Source of the DNA: Candidatus Thorarchaeota archaeon
GTDB taxonomy: Archaea; Asgardarchaeota; Thorarchaeia; Thorarchaeales; Thorarchaeaceae
Assembly (NCBI GenBank): GCA_020348985.1
Contig: CP070761.1
Span: 1,941,965 to 1,972,591, forward strand
DNA length: 30,627 bases
Reading direction: 5' to 3'
Made by a program: the position numbers and the translations under genes. This document shows, one piece after another, positions 26,597 through 30,627 of this stretch; positions within the stretch are counted from its first letter, which is position 1; the number at the start of each line of letters is the position of its first letter. The notes below the pieces were generated by a model. That model saw only the letters and a program-made list of their open reading frames with translations. It did no database searches and had not been told where the DNA came from.

Positions 26597-26830
26597 ATGA
26601 ACCAGGAGATTAACACCAAGCAGAGTCCAGCATTTTTGAAGATTAGACTAGCTGCTCTCGAGAAGGCTTTCAATCAAGTGAGAAACATGCGGATCCTGCT
26701 GGACGAGAAATTAGACCGCGGACATCTCTCCCAAGAAGATTACAGCAGATCGATAAATGTGCTTGTCGCTGAAGGAGTACAGATTCGGGCAGAACAGGCC
26801 AGAATAGAGTCCGCCCTTGGCATCTCCTAG
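26597..26830 (+). CDS. Small helical-hairpin/coiled-coil protein (77 aa) with a SHOCT/steadiness-box-like motif
   Basis: GAGGTG RBS at 26582-26587, AT-rich promoter-like tract upstream and a hairpin downstream; LDEKLDRGHLSQEDY motif between two amphipathic helices. Confidence 0.7.
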   Translation: MNQEINTKQSPAFLKIRLAALEKAFNQVRNMRILLDEKLDRGHLSQEDYSRSINVLVAEGVQIRAEQARIESALGIS

Positions 26831-26841
26831 TATTGTGGCCA

Positions 26842-26862
26842 CTCCTTGTGCCTTCCAAGGAG
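26842..26862 (+). terminator. 7-bp hairpin after the small helical protein
   Basis: CTCCTTG-TGCCTTC-CAAGGAG, 11 nt after the stop. Confidence 0.35.
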
Positions 26863-26994
26863 ACTTCATCATCTTGTATTTAGTGGACAACGCCGGTTCA
26901 GGCGTCATAAGTAGCATATATCAGATGATACAATGACCGTATTCTAAGTTGGCAGGCGTCCATAGAATAGAATCACCTGGGAGAAGTCGAGTCA

Positions 26995-29589
26995 ATGAGA
27001 CTTGAGCTTGCAAGGATGGGCTTCCGAAATGCCTTTCGTAGGAAGCAGATAGCGGCATTTACGGTTCTATCAATTGCTATCTCCGTAAGTCTACTATATA
27101 CCGCACTCTCTGCAAGCACAAGTCTGCAGAGAAGTGCAAATATGTTCCTTCAGGACACACTCAGTCCCGTTGATATCACTGTAACGGCCACAAAGTGGGG
27201 CGTACCTATTACCGAACAACACGCATCCAGCATTCGTGTGCTTCCTGGTGTCACGAACTTGGTTCCCCGAATTGAAGAATATGGCTTCGTACGAAATGGA
27301 TCCGTGGAGGTCTACCTAGCTATTGTCGGCCTAAATCTGACTCAGGAATCTCATATTGGTGGCTTTGATTTGACAGACGGCGATATGGATCTTGCAGGAA
27401 GTGGGTGTTTCGTCACTGAGCAAGCTAGGGCTCTGTTGAACCTCAGCCTAGGTGACGAACTTGGAATCAATCTAGCTCCTGGACTTCATTTCTTTAATGT
27501 TACAGGATTTGGCCTCGTGACAGACAAAGGAATACTGGGTCCTGTGGTCTTCATATCAATGGAACGTGCCTGGGAAATCTACCATATTCGGTATCCAGAT
27601 CATTCATTCAACAAGCTCATGGTTGAAGTCCTTGACCTCTTCGAGATTCCAATCCTGAAACACAGGATTGAATCAATTGTCGGGGCGGATTTCCGCGTCT
27701 CGAACTTGAAGGCTTACCATCTTGAAATCGCACAGTCTTTCATATCGCAAGCACGCTTGATTCTATTCACATTGGTAGTCATAGCCTGCTTTATTGCGGT
27801 CTTCCGAGTCTTCTCTTCCTACGCAAACGTGTTTGGAGAACGTAGGTATGAGACAGGCGTCATGTTGGCATTTGGTACGGCTCGAAGAAGTATGTTGATC
27901 CAGCTACTTAGTGAGGTGGGGACCATTGGACTAATGGGCTGCATTTTCGGTCTGGGTGCCGGAATCGCAATTGGCCTGATTGTGCTCCGGTTTTTGGTCT
28001 TAGTCTCACAAATAGCCGCAGTTGCTCCGACTACACAGTTTTTCCAGGCAACAACAGTCCTTGACCCGATGAGTCTACTTGTGGCTGGTACAGTGGGATT
28101 TAGCCTTGCCATATTGGCGGGGTTGCTTCCTGCTTGGAGGGCTATCAACGAACCAGTGATCAAAAGCCTAGGTGCAGGATCCATACCAAAGACTGAGCAA
28201 AGTGGTGCTGTCTCTGAAAAGACTCGAAGGCTCCTTCATTTAGGAATCTCCGCGTTTGCGGTGTTGACATGTTCTGTCGTCATTATTCAGATTCTTTCCG
28301 ACCTCTTCAGATTGTACATCGTCCAAGATGACAATATCCGAGTTCTTTCGATTCCTGCTTTCATATTGGCTGTGATTGCACTTTCTCCCAAGCTCCAAGG
28401 ATCAATACGCTTGCTGGATTCAATCTCAACAAGGGCATCACAGTCAAGTCGTTGGCTATCTCGGAAGAATCTTCGGAGAAACACGCTCTCATCCTTTCTT
28501 GTCTTCAACCTGTTTTCTGCCGCGACTGTCATGTTTCTTGCTTCCACGAATGTAGGTTATGTAATCACTGAATCATGGAAGCAGAATGTTGGTGGACAAA
28601 CGACATCGGCTAACGTCGTTGCGTATATGGAGGAACCAGCACCAATCAATCTTCTTGAACAGGTGACTGCGCTATCCCATGTTACTTCAGTAGTTCCAAT
28701 AAATCAAGATTTGACAGATTTGCGGCACTCTACACAGAATTTCCCCGGCCTTGTATTTGGGGTGCAACCTGAAGGCTTTGATCAACTGGCGTCTCTTGCA
28801 ATCTTGGAGTCTGTCAACAAATCTCGGGGGCTTGAAATCGTAGAAGATACTATGTCTGCAGTTGTCTCGGACTATGGAGCTCAAGTTCTTGATGTTGAGA
28901 TTGGGTCGGAAATCTACATTGGTGATGGGTCGAGTGTTACTGTCGTTGGAATCTGCTCTTCTGCAGTCCCTGTCTTTGTTGTAGCAGTCTTTCATCCAAC
29001 TTTCGTAATTGTAAGCACCGATACATGGGCCGCAATAGCCGGCGAACCATTTGCGATTGGCAGCCTATTGATTGAGTCATCCAGTCCAAATGAAACAGTC
29101 GAAGAGCTAAGTGATATACCAGGGGTACATCCGGTTCTGGTTTCGCAACTCGAGGCTGATTATCAATCGGCGCTTCAATCTGTTCAACTAATAGCAGATA
29201 GCTCACTTATCGCTCTGTTTGTAGCAACCCTTGTCAGTGCACTCCTTAGTAGCTTGGCCATAACCTCGACCCGTCGCAGGGAAATCGGCCTAATGGCTGC
29301 ATTCGGGATGAAGGACACGGACATCGCATGGACTCTAGCGTCTGAGAATGCAGTTGCAATGACGAGTGGAGTCATCACTGGCGTGGTTGCTGGTCTTATT
29401 GTTGAGATCGCTCTATCTGATATAATAGTCAGATACGGGGGTGCACTACTCGCACTCATTGACATTAGGACCGCATTCCTTGTGGTTTTCTCACTGCTTA
29501 CTTCACTAGTAATGGCATACTATACAATTCGCAGATCCACCCAGACAGAAGTCATTCGTCTACTGAGAGATCTTAGTCGAAGAGATTAG
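26995..29589 (+). CDS. FtsX/MacB-like ABC permease (duplicated architecture)
   Basis: RNAFRRK + TM, an extracellular domain, ERRYETGVMLAFG; second repeat KNLRRN + TM ... RRREIGLMAAFG. Confidence 0.9.
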   Translation: MRLELARMGFRNAFRRKQIAAFTVLSIAISVSLLYTALSASTSLQRSANMFLQDTLSPVDITVTATKWGVPITEQHASSIRVLPGVTNLVPRIEEYGFVRNGSVEVYLAIVGLNLTQESHIGGFDLTDGDMDLAGSGCFVTEQARALLNLSLGDELGINLAPGLHFFNVTGFGLVTDKGILGPVVFISMERAWEIYHIRYPDHSFNKLMVEVLDLFEIPILKHRIESIVGADFRVSNLKAYHLEIAQSFISQARLILFTLVVIACFIAVFRVFSSYANVFGERRYETGVMLAFGTARRSMLIQLLSEVGTIGLMGCIFGLGAGIAIGLIVLRFLVLVSQIAAVAPTTQFFQATTVLDPMSLLVAGTVGFSLAILAGLLPAWRAINEPVIKSLGAGSIPKTEQSGAVSEKTRRLLHLGISAFAVLTCSVVIIQILSDLFRLYIVQDDNIRVLSIPAFILAVIALSPKLQGSIRLLDSISTRASQSSRWLSRKNLRRNTLSSFLVFNLFSAATVMFLASTNVGYVITESWKQNVGGQTTSANVVAYMEEPAPINLLEQVTALSHVTSVVPINQDLTDLRHSTQNFPGLVFGVQPEGFDQLASLAILESVNKSRGLEIVEDTMSAVVSDYGAQVLDVEIGSEIYIGDGSSVTVVGICSSAVPVFVVAVFHPTFVIVSTDTWAAIAGEPFAIGSLLIESSSPNETVEELSDIPGVHPVLVSQLEADYQSALQSVQLIADSSLIALFVATLVSALLSSLAITSTRRREIGLMAAFGMKDTDIAWTLASENAVAMTSGVITGVVAGLIVEIALSDIIVRYGGALLALIDIRTAFLVVFSLLTSLVMAYYTIRRSTQTEVIRLLRDLSRRD

Positions 29590-29627
29590 CCACAATGTGA
29601 ATTGGATACATCAATCTCAATGTGGCT
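29588..29627. terminator. Imperfect long hairpin between convergent genes
   Basis: AGCCACAATGTGAATTG...CAATCTCAATGTGGCT, starting at the permease stop. Confidence 0.3.
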
Positions 29628-29720
29628 CACTGTCTCTTAATGGATGATAGTCAGACTGATCGTATCGACAGCGCGGTTCAGGTCTCTTCCTCTCTCGCTG
29701 ACTTGGTGGATTGAAAGCTC

Positions 29721-30627
29721 TCAACGTCTTCTTCGAAGGATGCCTAGGACAATAGCTGCGACACCCAGAACTGACAGAGCAGCAACTATCACCATTGCAG
29801 GAGGAAAGACTGGCTCAGCCGGCTCGAGAACAAGATTGACAAGGCGATAGAGAGTGGCATGTCCAATGCCTGAACATGACCAGAAACTACCGTTGAACCA
29901 GGTAAGACCACTGCTGGCTCCTTCAGTTCTCATTGATCCGACTAATTGGAGATCTGTACCTGTTTCGTCATCAGTCTCCCAAACCTGTATGGAGGAGGTG
30001 TCTGAACCTGGCTGCGATCCATATAGCACGTTCTCAACTACCACCCAGTCCTGGATGTTATTTGAGGGGGGATCGTCCACAAGATGGACAAAGGTAGCAT
30101 CCGGATTGTAGACATATAGACGACTTGTCCCCCAATTTGCAATGTAGACCTTGCTCAGTTCTGGGAGGACAACAACTGCCCCCCAATGGTCGTTGCCCCT
30201 CTCACTGCTGTTTTGCCATGTGTCGAAGTAGTTCAGATTACTGTCATATCTTACTATCTTTGAAGCAATGTTTGGAGTAGGATTTCTTTCTGATAACGGA
30301 ACCCAAAGCAAGCCCTCGTGGAACACGATACCCCCGGCGTGGTCCAAGGTGCCCTCACTAATTCGAATCCCTTCCTTGAATGTCCCGTTTTGCAGAAACT
30401 TGTACAGCCAGGCGTCGCCAGTGTCAAACAAGGTCTTGGCAGTACTGACGTAGAAGTACTGACCGTCGGTGGCTAACCCCTCAACCTCACTGTCTTCAAA
30501 CCATGGCAAATCAACTGAGTACTCCACATCAGCTGGCGAAATACGTCCGTACGAATCTCGAGCAGATGGTGATACAATGGCCGCAGTCTGAGATACAAAA
30601 CTGGCCACTAGGAGGAACAAAACGCAA
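29721..30627 (-). CDS. Secreted beta-propeller-like protein with C-terminal membrane anchor (DUF6454-like); 5' end outside the window
   Basis: Tail of a signal-like segment; repeated blades (EGLATDGQYFYVS, HAGGIVFHEGLLWVP, SGLTWFNGSFW); C-terminal TM + RRRR; frame open to the window edge. Confidence 0.75.
   Translation of the reverse strand, partial: CVLFLLVASFVSQTAAIVSPSARDSYGRISPADVEYSVDLPWFEDSEVEGLATDGQYFYVSTAKTLFDTGDAWLYKFLQNGTFKEGIRISEGTLDHAGGIVFHEGLLWVPLSERNPTPNIASKIVRYDSNLNYFDTWQNSSERGNDHWGAVVVLPELSKVYIANWGTSRLYVYNPDATFVHLVDDPPSNNIQDWVVVENVLYGSQPGSDTSSIQVWETDDETGTDLQLVGSMRTEGASSGLTWFNGSFWSCSGIGHATLYRLVNLVLEPAEPVFPPAMVIVAALSVLGVAAIVLGILRRRR

Noticed and set aside
215-30453. Numerous 60-165 aa ORFs nested in or antisense to the main genes
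   Set aside because: Shadow ORFs of well-supported genes, with no independent motifs or start signals.
62-30627. Stop-codon recoding (pyrrolysine TAG or selenocysteine TGA)
   Set aside because: Of 26 visible stops I count 12 TAG, 12 TGA and 2 TAA. They fall at natural protein ends, and no gene appears split by an in-frame stop.
1-30627. CRISPR arrays, transposases/integrases, rRNA, defence systems
   Set aside because: No regularly spaced repeats, recombinase motifs or large non-coding blocks were seen.

Overview
A gene-dense, protein-coding window (about 27 CDSs, two cut by the window edges) that looks archaeal and most plausibly Asgard (Thorarchaeota-like). This taxonomic call is an inference from TATA-like boxes about 25 nt upstream of several starts, GAGGT(G) ribosome-binding sites, and a 7TM + longin-like protein typical of Asgard genomes. 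The content is dominated by amide/peptide catabolism (penicillin acylase, thimet-type M3 peptidase, amidohydrolase, C45-type Ntn hydrolase, M20 peptidase, two MFS transporters). It also has a bacterial-type GAPDH, a divergent citrate-synthase-fold protein and a DapA-family lyase. Three paralog pairs stand out. (1) Two non-canonical carbamoyltransferases, one with a YgeW/knotted-type loop. (2) Two orphan DppD-type Fe-S ABC ATPases that share an unusual post-Walker-A insertion; one has a degenerate signature and H-switch. (3) Two DUF362 Fe-S proteins, which lie between those ATPases together with MBL, DinB and 7TM-longin genes. A 77-aa protein resembles by eye the ESCRT-I steadiness-box hairpin. 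I found no rRNA, tRNA, CRISPR array or mobile element. All family calls come from motif recognition, not database searches.
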